A stretch of 64,000 bases of DNA, from contig MQRK01244381.1 in NCBI GenBank assembly GCA_001938485.1, forward strand, positions 38,689 through 102,688, read 5' to 3'. The stretch is from Girardia tigrina. Lineage: Eukaryota. Below the pieces are notes generated by a model. That model was not told the origin of the DNA and searched no databases. It saw nothing but the letters and a program-made list of their open reading frames with translations. Below, piece after piece: positions 52,401 to 61,816 of the stretch; the first letter of the stretch is position 1, and the number at the start of each line of letters is the position of its first letter. The translations under genes were made by a program, and so were the position numbers.

Positions 52401-55400
52401 GGACTACAACAGAAAAAAATAACTGTTAGAAAAGTAATTAATAATTGAAAAAAAACTAATAAATAATGTTTTTTTGTTTAAATAATCAACTAAATGTACG
52501 ATTATTGATAAAACGAAATCCGGATGAAAATCGTCTTTTAATAACCAAAGTCATCCATTTAAAAATATATTTTACGACAATATATTTCGACGGATCTACC
52601 GTCATGTTCAGGTCACTAATCAATAATCAATTCACCTGTATATAAATACAAAAATGATGAGTGTGTAATCGGTTACATGAAATCATGCTAATCAAAAATT
52701 CTCAATAAGCTGGTTGAGACTGCCGATTGAACATTGATTTTAGGGCAACGTGACCTAATTAACAATGCTTCACACGACACTCTCTCCCAATAACTGTCAA
52801 AATGTTTACACAAAATTTTGAAATTATCAAAATTAACATCACATTTACATTTTTTCCTATGTTCTGCAATATTACTCTTACTCTCTTTTTTACCATGTTC
52901 TTGAATTCGTTTACAGAGATGACGGGCAGTCTCTCCAATGTATGTGGCATCGCACCCATTACATTTATATTCATAAACAATATCAGAACGAAGTGTTAAA
53001 GGTGTAATAGATTTATTACTGAACATATTTTGAATTTTATGAGATCGTGATATAATTTTTAAATTTAATTAATTGTTAGTTGCTTTTAACAATGCATTTT
53101 TAAAGTTTTTAAATCCTTCAGAATAAGGTACAATTAAACAATATTTAGGCATATTATTCATATCTAATAATTCTTCGATTTCTTTCTTAGATCCTAAAAT
53201 CTTTGTTATTTTGCTTAAAATTTTTATTTACATAATCTGAAGTATTTTTATTCAAAACATGCTTAAAATATCCAAAATCAAAACTATGAAAATAAGAAAT
53301 ATTAGATAAATAATAGCCATACATTGCTTCAATCTTTGAAAGAAAGTATGTATGATGTTGTATGGCTATTATTTATCTAATATTTCTTATTTTCATAGTT
53401 TTGATTTCGGATATTTTACGCATGTTTTGAATAAAAATACTTCAGATTAAGTAAATAAAAATTTTAAGCAAAATAACAAAGATTTTAAAACAAAGATATA
53501 AAACAAAATATAAATAAGGAGGAACGATGCGTCAAACTTTCAACAACTCTTGTAAATTAATTGTTTTCGCATTTAGTAATTTATATTCTTTCAAGGATCT
53601 ACAATTTTTTTTACTGAATGAGTTTATTAAGACAAATACATGTTTAAATAAATGTTAAGAATGTAACATTTTATTGAAGTTTTGGCTTTTACATTATCAA
53701 ATTAAAGTTTTTAGTATTGGTATTCAAATTTAATAATTATTTCTTTAACACAATGAAGAATCATGTTCCTAGAAGAATGCCCTTCATTAAGTTAAAAATA
53801 CCAAACTAAAATAACAAGAATTTTCAAATTATTTTATACCATGTAATATAAAAATATTTTAAAATAATTTTAATGCTATAATAATAATAAATAGGTTCGG
53901 ACATACTTGACGAATCATTATTGAATTCAAACTCAAGATGAAGATTAGACAATTTAAAATTTTAATTTTAAATAAATTTTAATTTTATTTCAATACCAAT
54001 TTCTGTTTTTTTAAATGAATTTCCGAGGAACATTATTTTTTATTCACAAACCTTTAAAAATAAATATACAGTGAAAGCCGCTTAATAGGACCACCGGTTA
54101 ATAGGACCAGCCGCTTAATAGGACCAAATTCTGTGGGACCGAACCATTCCATATATTTCGAATATTAAAGCAGTCGCTTAATAGGACCAGTAAAAGTCGG
54201 TTAATGGGACCACTCATGAAACTGTTTGACCCTTCAAACAACATGAAAGTCATGAAAAACGTGTTTCTAGCGTAGGTCATACACCCACCCCAATCAACAT
54301 ACACACACACGTAACAAAGAAGCAGGTCTTGACTGAATTTGTATTTACTGTATTTGTTCTTATCTCTTTAGCTGCAGAGAACACCTGCTACATTTGTAGC
54401 ACACACACACGGGACACAGCAAGAGGAAAAGTGTCCTGTAAGCAAGCGTACAGTTAGTGGCGGCCGCTCAATACACTTACCATCCCAGGCACGCGTGTGT
54501 GTGTCGCCTAACTCGACATCAATCTTGCTAGAGCACAATGGGGAGGGTTGCAGACTGGCTGCTGACGAGAGCTGCAGTAAGCTCACACCCTCTTATGAAA
54601 TCGTCACCACCAACTTCTCTCTTGCTGGAAGGACGCGTCTTCTCTTGCTGTGTGGGAGTGTGCTGTGCGCTGAGTGAGAGAGGATAGAGCAGATTAGAGT
54701 GCAAATTGCCGAATTCTAAGTATGCTGTACAGTAAAGTAGTACAGAACTGTATCACCCAATACTGTACATAGTTAAAACGTTTAACTTACTGTTTATACG
54801 AAGAGTGTGTACTTCAGAGCTCTCAAACTGTTTAGACCATCGCAATCGATTTGCATGCAGTTTTAAAACGATGGCAACATTTAAAAACGCGCAAAATGTT
54901 GTAGCAACTCGAAAAGTGTACTTTGTCAAAAAATAACACCACTTCGCATAATGGGACCAGTCGGTTAATAGGACCAGTTGGGCTTAGGACAAATGTGGTC
55001 CTATTAAGCGGCTTACACTCTATTGTTTAGTATAAATATGAAAAAGTTAAAATGTTAATTTAAATTTCATAATTTTAAAATTTTACAATTGAAAATTATA
55101 TCGTTCAAAAATTTTCGTGAGTACAAAGTCGGAAGAATTATTATATTTATATGCATATATAATGACTATATCTACATTTATTAAAAATATTTTTATTGTA
55201 TTATTTCTCTAAAAACAAAAAAATATTTTTTAAAATAGTGTTAAGAATATATATTCAACATTCAACGATGCTACTTTTATTTGTAAGTATTTAAAATAAA
55301 TATAAATAGTTAAAGTTATTATTATTCCACATTATTTTAAATAAATTTTTATACATTTTCGAATTAATTAATTTTGACATGAAAAGTTTTAATTTATTTA

Positions 55401-58400
55401 AATAGATCTTTAACTGATTTAATATATACATGATACGAAATATTTGATAGAGTAGAGATATTTAATAATTTGTTCAAAATGGGATATTATATTCTCATGA
55501 AGGACGTTTTACTAAAAACCCTAATTCTTTAGAAGAAATTTTATATGCACAAAATAAAAGATCATGCATTTTCATTCATAATTTAAATTTGAAAAAATTT
55601 CCATACTGTTAATGATAATCTTAATCGTAATAAATTTGAGTTTAATAATTGAATATGAACATGTAATAATCCGTAAAAAGGGAAAGTTTTAAAAGACTAA
55701 TGTAACGAAAAATATTTTGTAAGCTTTTCAAATAATTCTTAAAATTTTCCGCGAAAATCATATTATAAAAATATTTTTTATTTTTTAGGGGCATCCTTTC
55801 TTGAAGAATATGCTTTAAGTGGGATTTCAAAACTAATTACCAGGGCCACCAGATTATTGAACTAAAATTTTGAAAAATTGACTTTTATTGATTTTATTGA
55901 CATTTCATGTATTAAATAAAACAATTACATTAAGTTTGGACTTAAAAAATTTAAAAATTGCCTTCTAAAAAGTAATATATTTACCATAAAAATGACTTTT
56001 TATTCGTTTCCATTAATTTTTAAACAATTATACTAAGGCCAGAATTTTTGAATTATGAAACCCATCTTAAAACATATTCAAAAAATCAACTGAAAACAAA
56101 TTTCCTTGTTTTGTAAAATAGTGACAATCAATTTTTACCTCATCATTTTGAATCTAAAAATGCAAATGAAAATAAATGATTATAAAATATTAAATTATTC
56201 TGTTCGGATAATCAAGGTTCTATGTAAAATAATAATTATTAATTTACAATTAATTTAATTTATTAATTAATTATTATTAATTTAATTTTATAATTAATAA
56301 ATTATAATTTATAGGTTGTCAGATATGATATTTGTCGACATTATTACAATAAATTCAAATAGTTATAATTTACAATGACGTAACACATTATTGCTACATA
56401 GCTTTTATTTTTGAACAAATTAATAGAAATTAATGAAAATCAGTGATCACCTAATAATCAGTATTTAAAAAAAAGAAAAGGTATAAATTCAGACTATTAT
56501 GAAATACGAGTTTCTATGTAGAACCTCAGCATGAGAAACCATGCGAAACATCAATAGTGCATTCGGATACAATGCGACTACACAGCAGACAGTCTCAATT
56601 TAGTTTAGGAAATTTGTGAAAGGTGATTCTAATCTCAATAATGAGTCCGGGTACATCCATTGACGCATGTAGACAATGACTAACTGAAGGTAACCGTATG
56701 GTCGGATTCATCACAAAGTGCTCATCATTTATCACTTACGATTGCTATTACAAAGCAAAAATTATTAAATCACGTCACTCAAATTGGTAAAGTTCAAAAG
56801 TTTGATAAGTGGATTCCACATGAGTTGAATGAAAAGCAGAAACAAAAGCATTAAAATGGTGCTTTCTCGTTATAAATGTTATCACTTTTGAATAGAATCG
56901 ACAATTATGATTAAAAGTGGATCATATACGATAACCGCAAAAGTTCAGGAAGAAATAATAAACATAATCCAAAGCACAACATTCATTAAAAAGAAGCTGA
57001 TGGTGAGTGTTTCGTGGTCTGTAGTAGGTGTAATCCATTGACTAATCCAGGAAATTGAGTTGGACCTTCTGCATCATTCTCCATACTCACCAGACCTAGT
57101 CCGAACTAACTACCATTTCTTTCTCAATTTGATTAACTTTGTGATAGGACAAAAATTAATTCTGAAGATATCGTAAAAATGGTCTACCAGAAATTTAAAG
57201 ATTCTCGCCCATTAAAGTTTTGTTCAAATAGCCTCAGCAAGCTGCCGCTCAAATTGCAAAAGTGTTTCAATAATATGGGTGCATACTTTGATGACTGGCA
57301 TAAATATTTATATTGCTAAATTATCAATAAACTTTGTTCTACAAACATGATGACCTAATATATTTGGTTATATTTATTATATGTTCTACTACTGTTTTGT
57401 ATTGTAAATTAAAACGGTATTTTTAAAAATTTATAAGTTAAATTTATATGTTAAATTCTAAATGAAGAAATAAAAAATATTGATATGTGATATACTTTTT
57501 GAATATATGTGTTTATTTTTTATATCAAAGAAATCATTGCGTTATTGTAACGCAAAAATGTATGGGAAATTTCAAGAACGACAGAGCGAAAAATGTGCCA
57601 AGAAAAGGTTGTCTTAATGAGATTCGACGTTGAAATTTGAGGCGAAATCGTGAACATAAAAATTTTGTTAGCGGATTAAAAACAATATAAAGTTTTTCAC
57701 TGATTCAAGTTTTTTTCTATTATTAGATGAGTGAAAAGAAAAATAAGGTGATACGTTTTCCTTTTATATTATTACGTGTTACTCTCGAACATTTAATCCT
57801 CTTCAGGTTTAGTTTTTCTCTAAAAAATGTCATGTTAAGTTGGTCAATTTGACATATTATAATGTTGTTCAAAGGCTTAGTTGTGAAAGTCTTTTCGTGA
57901 TTTTTTCATCCAAGGAATAAAATTTATATAATTCTTACTAAGAAAAGAAATATTAAGCAACTTTTATCAAATACAAGTTAGCTTGAGAATCGGTTTTTCT
58001 ATCAGATCATATATGAAATTCACAAAATTTATAACTAGTATATATAATTTCATAGGATTATTTAAATGATGTACCTTTCTTATAAAGTATCTTTCGCACA
58101 AAAGTTTATATTTCGTTGAATATTCTTCAAAAGTTTTTTTATTCAAATAATTCATTTATTTATGAAATATTGATGCATAATCTTTAAAATAACCCAACCA
58201 AAGGGTAGTTATGTTACCATTTTAACTAATATAAAATATTTAACGTACAGAATATCTTTCGAAAATATTCCTAAAAATTTAAAATCCATTAATATAATTT
58301 ATGTAAATATTAATTTGGAAATATTAAATTTTGAAATGACTTTATACAATAGTTTTTGATTTAAATGAAACATTTTACCTACCTATTGAGTAAAACTGTC

Positions 58401-58669
58401 CTTTTAATTTCAGTTATGGCACAGGAAAATCCGGTATTTTTATTGCAATTAATAACATCCTTGAAAAACTGAAACATGAGAGCCTTATCGATGTTTACGG
58501 AATCGTAAAACTGCTGCAACAACAACGAATCGGTTTGGTTCAAACTGTAGATCAATATAAGTTTTGCTATCTTTCAATCCTAACCCATTTAATTGATGTT
58601 AATCCCGAATTAAAAGCCCAGTTTTGTGGATTTAAAGAGTATATATCTGTAAAAAGTATGTTTATATGA
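8251..58669 (+). CDS. Lar: LAR-family (type IIa) receptor protein tyrosine phosphatase, 5'-partial; join(8251..8494,8585..8961,17949..18528,25417..25703,33278..33501,34918..35087,37780..38108,43043..43294,50481..50761,58414..58669)
   Basis: Manual splicing at GT-AG sites gives one open frame (3000 nt, intron phases 1,0,1,0,2,1,0,0,2): FN3-like repeats, TM helix, D1 with KNRY/YINA/TQGP/DFWQM/WPD/VHCSAGVGRTG/QTEAQY, and D2 with the LAR-diagnostic [29 protein letters not shown]. Confidence 0.92.
8585..8961 (+). CDS. LAR-like PTP exon: membrane-proximal FN3-like/stalk domain
   Basis: APQQVLSP...SVTLRL...FGRIDNYHLLIVP...QPFIAF...LLHDGNFYRSSLRACTQ, following the LAR pattern YxxxIVP...PYIAA...LxxGxxY; donor |GTGAGT. 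Confidence 0.85.
9271..9680. mobile_element. hAT (Charlie-type) MITE, decayed
   Basis: TIR-like TGATGGAGAACCT / AGGTTTGCCATCA; flanks share TACAGTA. Confidence 0.45.
10375..10665 (+). repeat. Dispersed non-autonomous repeat (second copy at ~47690-48115)
   Basis: Shared blocks such as TACTCAAT..ATTTTCT, ATGACAATAAAT and AAAACTTTGTTGGCAAAGT.GAGTTTT.TCTGCAT.AAGAATGGATATAAAAA. Confidence 0.7.
12366..12404 (+). ncRNA. Degenerate minimal hammerhead motif
   Basis: TGT CTAATGA T GACGG-GTGAT-CCATC GAAA TTAA TC ACA; G5 mutated. Confidence 0.5.
12630..12712 (+). repeat. Degenerate TTAGGG-like hexamer array
   Basis: ggtaag ggtttg gggtag ggttta ggtaaa gggtaa gggtta ggttat ggttag ... gttagggttt. Confidence 0.6.
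12993..13240 (+). repeat. Degenerate ~21-26-bp tandem array with core GAAATTTTGTCGAA
   Basis: About 9 recognisable copies. Confidence 0.55.
14766..14802 (-). ncRNA. Degenerate minimal hammerhead motif
   Basis: TAC CTGATGA T GTTC-GATCAA-GAAC TAAA CAG TC GTG; GAAA mutated to TAAA; lies downstream of a KLFN-like Penelope ORF end. Confidence 0.5.
15068..17085 (-). mobile_element. Fragmented piggyBac transposase relic
   Basis: KKYISNKPHQIRIKVW, AFDNY, ALGTLPSNR and VRWYDKGFIQLTTNY (16620-17085), plus the C-terminal Cys-rich QRCRLC...LCLHRTRNCFYDWH (15070-15190). Confidence 0.75.
17949..18528 (+). CDS. LAR-like PTP exon: end of ectodomain, transmembrane helix, juxtamembrane region
   Basis: Acceptor tttcag|, TEEGQSHCTTSPWSE (LAR TSPYS motif), hydrophobic GIITLSITLSGIILALVGIVIGCIV followed by HKRK; donor G|GTAATT. 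Confidence 0.88.
18700..19471 (+). mobile_element. Highly decayed mariner
   Basis: FLHHFMTEDE, FLHNNA and LKKYLKG remnants; 3' TIR-like ...CTTCACCACGTA. Confidence 0.55.
20518..23122 (+). mobile_element. Tc1/IS630-like (DDxE) transposon, decayed, with a nested mariner
   Basis: TIRs GTATTTCCAGTATCATTTAAGA / TCTTAAATGATATTGGAAATGC, TA flanks; IFIDESGFN, LIMDNTRPH, SPYEFMLNPIEFSFSKIK. Confidence 0.85.
20951..22237 (-). mobile_element. Full-length (1287 bp) non-functional mariner with ~100-bp TIRs
   Basis: TA|CGTGGTGCGCTCAATAAGTAG ... CTACTTATTGAGCGCACCACG|TA; RFVPRFL, TMDET, YLHDNAPIH, HPPYSPDLTPSDYHLF. Confidence 0.92.
23520..24210 (+). mobile_element. Helentron-associated non-autonomous (HINE/DINE-1-like) element
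   Basis: 5' ACCACGTTTTT with inverted copies downstream, (GTCT)n microsatellite, core AAATCTTGCG...GATGACAATACA shared with 32465-32968. Confidence 0.6.
25417..25703 (+). CDS. LAR-like PTP exon: wedge and start of D1
   Basis: VIPIGKLSEYVGALK...QEFEDL...KNRYANVIAYDHS...NYINANYIDGY...YIATQ; acceptor tctcag|, donor |GTTAGA. Confidence 0.93.
25880..26030 (-). mobile_element. Penelope pLTR remnant with degenerate hammerhead
   Basis: INIQNGQ ORF end as at 4870-4930; CAAATGA C GGAAA...TTTTC GAAA CATG TA. Confidence 0.55.
26101..27170 (+). mobile_element. 5'-truncated Penelope-like element with an inverted pLTR
   Basis: RT-thumb/linker ORF 26350-26850 (SDTGLYS, FPFSEG, YFSYKAKT); 26101-26310 is a diverged reverse complement of ~26958-27170; both ends carry a hammerhead remnant. 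Confidence 0.8.
27530..28610 (+). mobile_element. Merlin/ISXO2 (IS1595-type) transposon relic
   Basis: VCQSDES, VPNRAVATLKPIIQQEVVSGSIIHSDEWRAY...HNTTNHSVNFVEPLTVVHIQN; ~29-bp tandem repeats at both ends. Confidence 0.8.
30060..30680 (-). mobile_element. Decayed mariner, 3' half
   Basis: HSSYSLDFSLCDFYLFRYLKKHLRG; TIR TA|CGTGGTATGTCCAATAAGTAC. Confidence 0.75.
32240..32430 (-). mobile_element. Mariner fragment related to the 20951-22237 element
   Basis: NISVGT...GIRKLCIRFVPRFLT. Confidence 0.65.
32465..32968 (-). mobile_element. Helentron-associated non-autonomous (HINE-like) element
   Basis: Subterminal inverted repeat TACAAGCTTTTAT (32488 and 32955-32967), 3' hairpin ACCAAAAA..TTTTTGGT, (TTTG/TCTG)n microsatellite, shared core. 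Confidence 0.65.
33278..33501 (+). CDS. LAR-like PTP exon: D1 middle
   Basis: GPLSETINDFWQMIWEQ...IVML...KCEVYWP; acceptor ttgtag|; weak donor GG|GTTATT is the one that fits the phase. Confidence 0.9.
33930..34100 (+). mobile_element. Mariner fragment
   Basis: HQLNEKQK..LDACLMMLSR..FLNQIVTFDEKWIQYDN. Confidence 0.7.
34918..35087 (+). CDS. LAR-like PTP exon: D1 WPD loop and catalytic P-loop (absent from the ORF track)
   Basis: HLQFTGWPDQGIP...GPTVVHCSAGVGRTG; acceptor ctttag|, donor G|GTAAAT. Confidence 0.95.
37780..38108 (+). CDS. LAR-like PTP exon: D1 Q-loop and D1-D2 linker
   Basis: GVFIAVDSQMERI...MRKNRNYMVQTEAQYGFIYDVLLE...TGFEVEFQRL; donor |GTTAGT. Confidence 0.92.
39540..39980 (-). 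mobile_element. Penelope-like RT-tail relic
   Basis: HILSLPYSEGFK and RFSEAI remnants matching the other Penelope copies. Confidence 0.5.
41200..42347 (-). mobile_element. LTR retrotransposon gag relic
   Basis: PBS-like TGGTGACA at ~42340-42347 on the minus strand, K/R/E-rich frame, decayed zinc knuckles (CWAFYEEGH, CKKxGHV). Confidence 0.55.
43043..43294 (+). CDS. LAR-like PTP exon: start of D2
   Basis: VNKQKNN...IPFDWNRVTL...GVDGSDYINASFVDSY...TVEDFWRLVW; acceptor ctatag|, donor AAG|GTAAAA. Confidence 0.93.
44750..45640 (-). mobile_element. Decayed mariner
   Basis: FLNRIVTCGKK and PILLHDNV remnants. Confidence 0.7.
48595..48885 (-). mobile_element. Penelope fragment of the same family as 4734-6330, with an uninterrupted YIG site
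   Basis: NKSKAICGLQANLV...AACTCGAACATTTGAGAAACAAATCATCATCTCAAAA, then the same pLTR sequence. Confidence 0.75.
50481..50761 (+). CDS. LAR-like PTP exon: D2 middle
   Basis: [39 protein letters not shown]...PILVHC; acceptor tttaag|, donor AG|GTACCA. Confidence 0.94.
50816..51445. mobile_element. hAT-type MITE
   Basis: Perfect 20-bp TIR TAGGGCACGGAATTTAATGA and exact 8-bp TSD GTAATATT (50808-50815 and 51446-51453). Confidence 0.9.
52574..52616 (-). ncRNA. Minimal hammerhead motif with one core mutation
   Basis: GTGAC CTGAACA T GACGG-TAGAT-CCGTC GAAA TATA TT GTCGT; stems intact, G8 changed to C. Confidence 0.65.
52574..53323 (-). mobile_element. 5'-truncated Penelope-like element with a well-preserved GIY-YIG domain
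   Basis: VPYSEGF, then ORF 52688-53026 DIVYEYKCNGCDATYIGETARHLCKRIQEH...ERVSCEALLIRSRCPKINVQ; hammerhead downstream. Confidence 0.9.
54069..55020. mobile_element. Non-autonomous pogo/Tigger-type DNA transposon
   Basis: TA|CAGTGAAAGCCGCTTAATAGGACCA ... TGGTCCTATTAAGCGGCTTACACTC|TA; several subterminal TAAT(A/G)GGACCA repeats. Confidence 0.85.
56440..57360 (+). mobile_element. Decayed near-full-length mariner
   Basis: KFDKWIPHELNEKQK, KWIIYDN and HSPYSPDLVRTNYHFF remnants. Confidence 0.8.
58414..58669 (+). CDS. LAR-like PTP exon: end of D2 (terminal or penultimate exon; absent from the ORF track)
   Basis: Acceptor tttcag|, (S)YGTGKSGIFIAINNILEKL...IDVYGIVKLLQQQRIGLVQTVDQYKFCY...; TGA at 58667-58669; possible alternative donor at 58656. 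Confidence 0.88.
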
Positions 58670-58733
58670 TTTCTTCATATCCTTTTAATTTCTGATATCA
58701 AATGTTCTTTTCTAATATCCTGAAGTTTCAAAA

Positions 58734-58774
<41 letters not shown>

Positions 58775-58778
<4 letters not shown>

Positions 58779-61462
58779 TTTTCGATCAACTTTCCAACAA
58801 TTGCAATCAACTTTCCAAAATTAATATTATTAAATTAAAAAAACGTAAAGTTAAAAATTTTATATTAAGAGATTGTTTTAAATTTGAAATAAAGAGATGT
58901 TATTGATAGATTCTAATATATAAGAGTAATGCCAATAGGATGATTTAATTATATTAAGTTGGTCGAAAAATAATGGCGGTTTTTGAGCTTTATACTTTGT
59001 TTATCTACTTTGATATGTATATAATTTTAAATGTTAGTGTTAGATATTATTTGAAATCGTATGCCTAGCTGTATATTCCTATAGTCATTATTAACATATT
59101 GCTGTTATTTTGTAGAATATTTACGGTGCTAAATTAATAATAGAAAAAAATTAAAATTCGAGCAATTTTCTTGTACGAATTTAAACTGGGTCGTAAAGCA
59201 GCAGAAACGGCTCGCAATATCAATAAAGCGTNNNNNNNNNNNNNNNNNNNNNNNNNNNNNNNNNNNNNNNNNNNNNNNNNNNNNNNNNNNNNNNNNNNNN
59301 NNNNNNNNNNNNNNNNNNNNNNNNNNNNNNNNNNNNNNNNNNNNNNNNNNNNNNNNNNNNNNNNNNNNNNNNNNNNNNNNNNNNNNNNNNNNNNNNNNNN
59401 NNNNNNNNNNNNNNNNNNNNNNNNNNNNNNNNNNNNNNNNNNNNNNNNNNNNNNNNNNNNNNNNNNNNNNNNNNNNNNNNNNNNNNNNNNNNNNNNNNNN
59501 NNNNNNNNNNNNNNNNNNNNNNNNNNNNNNNNNNNNNNNNNNNNNNNNNNNNNNNNNNNNNNNNNNNNNNNNNNNNNNNNNNNNNNNNNNNNNNNNNNNN
59601 NNNNNNNNNNNNNNNNNNNNNNNNNNNNNNNNNNNNNNNNNNNNNNNNNNNNNNNNNNNNNNNNNNNNNNNNNNNNNNNNNNNNNNNNNNNNNNNNNNNN
59701 NNNNNNNNNNNNNNNNNNNNNNNNNNNNNNNNNNNNNNNNNNNNNNNNNNNNNNNNNNNNNNNNNNNNNNNNNNNNNNNNNNNNNNNNNNNNNNNNNNNN
59801 NNNNNNNNNNNNNNNNNNNNNNNNNNNNNNNNNNNNNNNNNNNNNNNNNNNNNNNNNNNNNNNNNNNNNNNNNNNNNNNNNNNNNNNNNNNATCCTTCTT
59901 CATGATAACGCTAGACCTCATATTTCAAAAGTGACTCTTCAAAAGCTTAATGAGTTGGGCTATGAAACCCTGCTTCATCCACCATATTCACTAGACCTCT
60001 CGCCAACGGAATTCTACTTTTTCAGGCATTTGTACAACCTCCTACGTGATAAACCTTTCAAAAACCAAAATGATGCTCAAAATGCCTTCCAAGAATTCGT
60101 CGCTTCGAGAACCGATGCATTTTATGCTGATGGAATAAAACAAATTGTTTTTCGTTGGCAAAATGTATTGATGCCAACGGTTCATACTTTGATTAATAAA
60201 CTTTTGTTTCTGTGAATTTGCACGTCTTTGAAGTTTGTGTCCCAAACCGCCATTATTTTTCGACCAACCTAATATTATATAAAATTAGTTCATAAAAAAA
60301 ATTAAATTAAAAAATAATAATTTATAAGAAAAACAAATCGTTTAAAATAAGCATCTTTATTCAAACATTTCTTCTCTTCTTTCAGACCTTATCACATACC
60401 TCAACATTTTACGATAGTATCCATCACAATCATGAGCATTAATTTCCTCAAATCCACGATCAATCAACATGTTCAATTCACTTTCATTATTAGCTTTTCA
60501 GATGATCACAAAGTTTTTCCATTTCGAAAAACATTTGTCGATAGGATTCAAAAATGGTGAATATGGTGGAAGGTATTCAAATTTAAAATCTTGAATTAAA
60601 GATTCAAGGCCTGAATAATGATGTATTCTGGCATTATCCGTAATAAAAATTGGATCTGCTATTGACATTTCACTACATTTAGTTTTTACAAGACCAAGGG
60701 CTGTTTCGAAGGTTTCTCCATTGTAAGGGGTGTCACTTGTCTTGCAAAAAATCATACCATTTTTGTTTATTGCTGCGAGAAGAGAGACGTTTCTTCTCCG
60801 TACAGCAGAAACATCTATGTACGCGGATGTACCTTTTAATGACATCCCTCTTTGTGGTCGTGTTGCAACGGAAAAACCAACTTCATCGAGAAATATCAAA
60901 TTTTCGGCACTATAACAAACTTACAAATCACGAAATTTTTGCGCGTATTCAAATTTTTTTAATGGTAAGATCGACGTTTCGTGGCGCTGGCAAAATTGTA
61001 ATCTGTTTTAATGTATAGTGAAATTTTCCGAGACAACAGTACTGCATGAAACTGTTGTGTCAAATGTATTCAAAATTTTTTCACGAAGTTTTTTTAACGT
61101 TAATGAACAATTTTCATCAACCCATAGTCTGAGTTGATCCTTCTGTGCGCTACTTAGCTTTTAACGGTTGTCGCCACCAACTTTCTTAGGCATAACACTT
61201 CCAGTTTTTTGTAAATTGTTAATTATTTTTACTACTGACCAGTAGTTATGCTTCAATGCATCTGAAATCGCTTTTGTTGATAGTCCTTGCTGAAATTTTG
61301 CCAAGACTTTCGGGTCTCATTGCAAATTTTGGTGAAATTTCTTTTTATCATTATGATTAAATATAAATTTTAATTTAAAATATTAATAACATTAATATTG
61401 GAAAGTCAATTGCAATAATTGGAAAGTCGATTGCAATAATTTGAAAGTTGATCGAAAAACCC
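58775..61462 (-). mobile_element. Tc1/IS630-like (DDxE) transposon inserted in a (TA)n tract, with a nested mariner
   Basis: TIRs GGGTTTTTCGATCAACTTTC / GAAAGTTGATCGAAAAACCC with internal subrepeats; IFLDEVGF, FITDNARIHH, YLPPYSPFLNPIDKCFSKWK. Confidence 0.88.
58954..60272 (+). mobile_element. Full-length mariner (Hsmar1/cecropia-like TIRs), centre lost in an N gap
   Basis: TA|TTAAGTTGGTCGAAAAATAATGGCGGTTT ... AAACCGCCATTATTTTTCGACCAACCTAA|TA; YEFKLGRKAAETARNIN, LLHDNARPH, HPPYSLDLSPTEF. Confidence 0.9.
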
Positions 61463-61466
61463 TATA

Positions 61467-61509
<43 letters not shown>

Positions 61510-61511
<2 letters not shown>

Positions 61512-61700
61512 TAAGGGAGCATATGATTTCAAAAAATCAATTATGAAAAGAACTTCAAGAAATTTTAAATTGAGAGTAATCTTTACCACTAATAAAGTAT
61601 CAAGTTTCTTGTCAAATAAATCTAAAACTTCTTTGAGTGTGCAGGCTAGTATAACAATTTAAATGTCACAAGTGTGAAGCCTTGTACATTTGAGAGAAAT
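61510..61700 (+). mobile_element. Penelope-like linker/GIY-YIG start relic
   Basis: LRVIFTTNKVSSFLSNKSKT...FKCHKCEALYI. Confidence 0.6.
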
Positions 61701-61816
61701 GAATATTAAATCAAAATGTTAAACCATATAAGTTTAAATATATTTTTTCATTTTCTAATTTTTTTTTCAAATGAAATGTTAATTTATTTAATTTTAAGGG
61801 AATTGAATTGACTTAA

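Noticed and set aside
59171-59921. Long ORFs running through N gaps (also at 5124-5628, 23671-24055, 32515-32817, 49353-49571)
   Set aside because: Their length comes from X residues in gaps.
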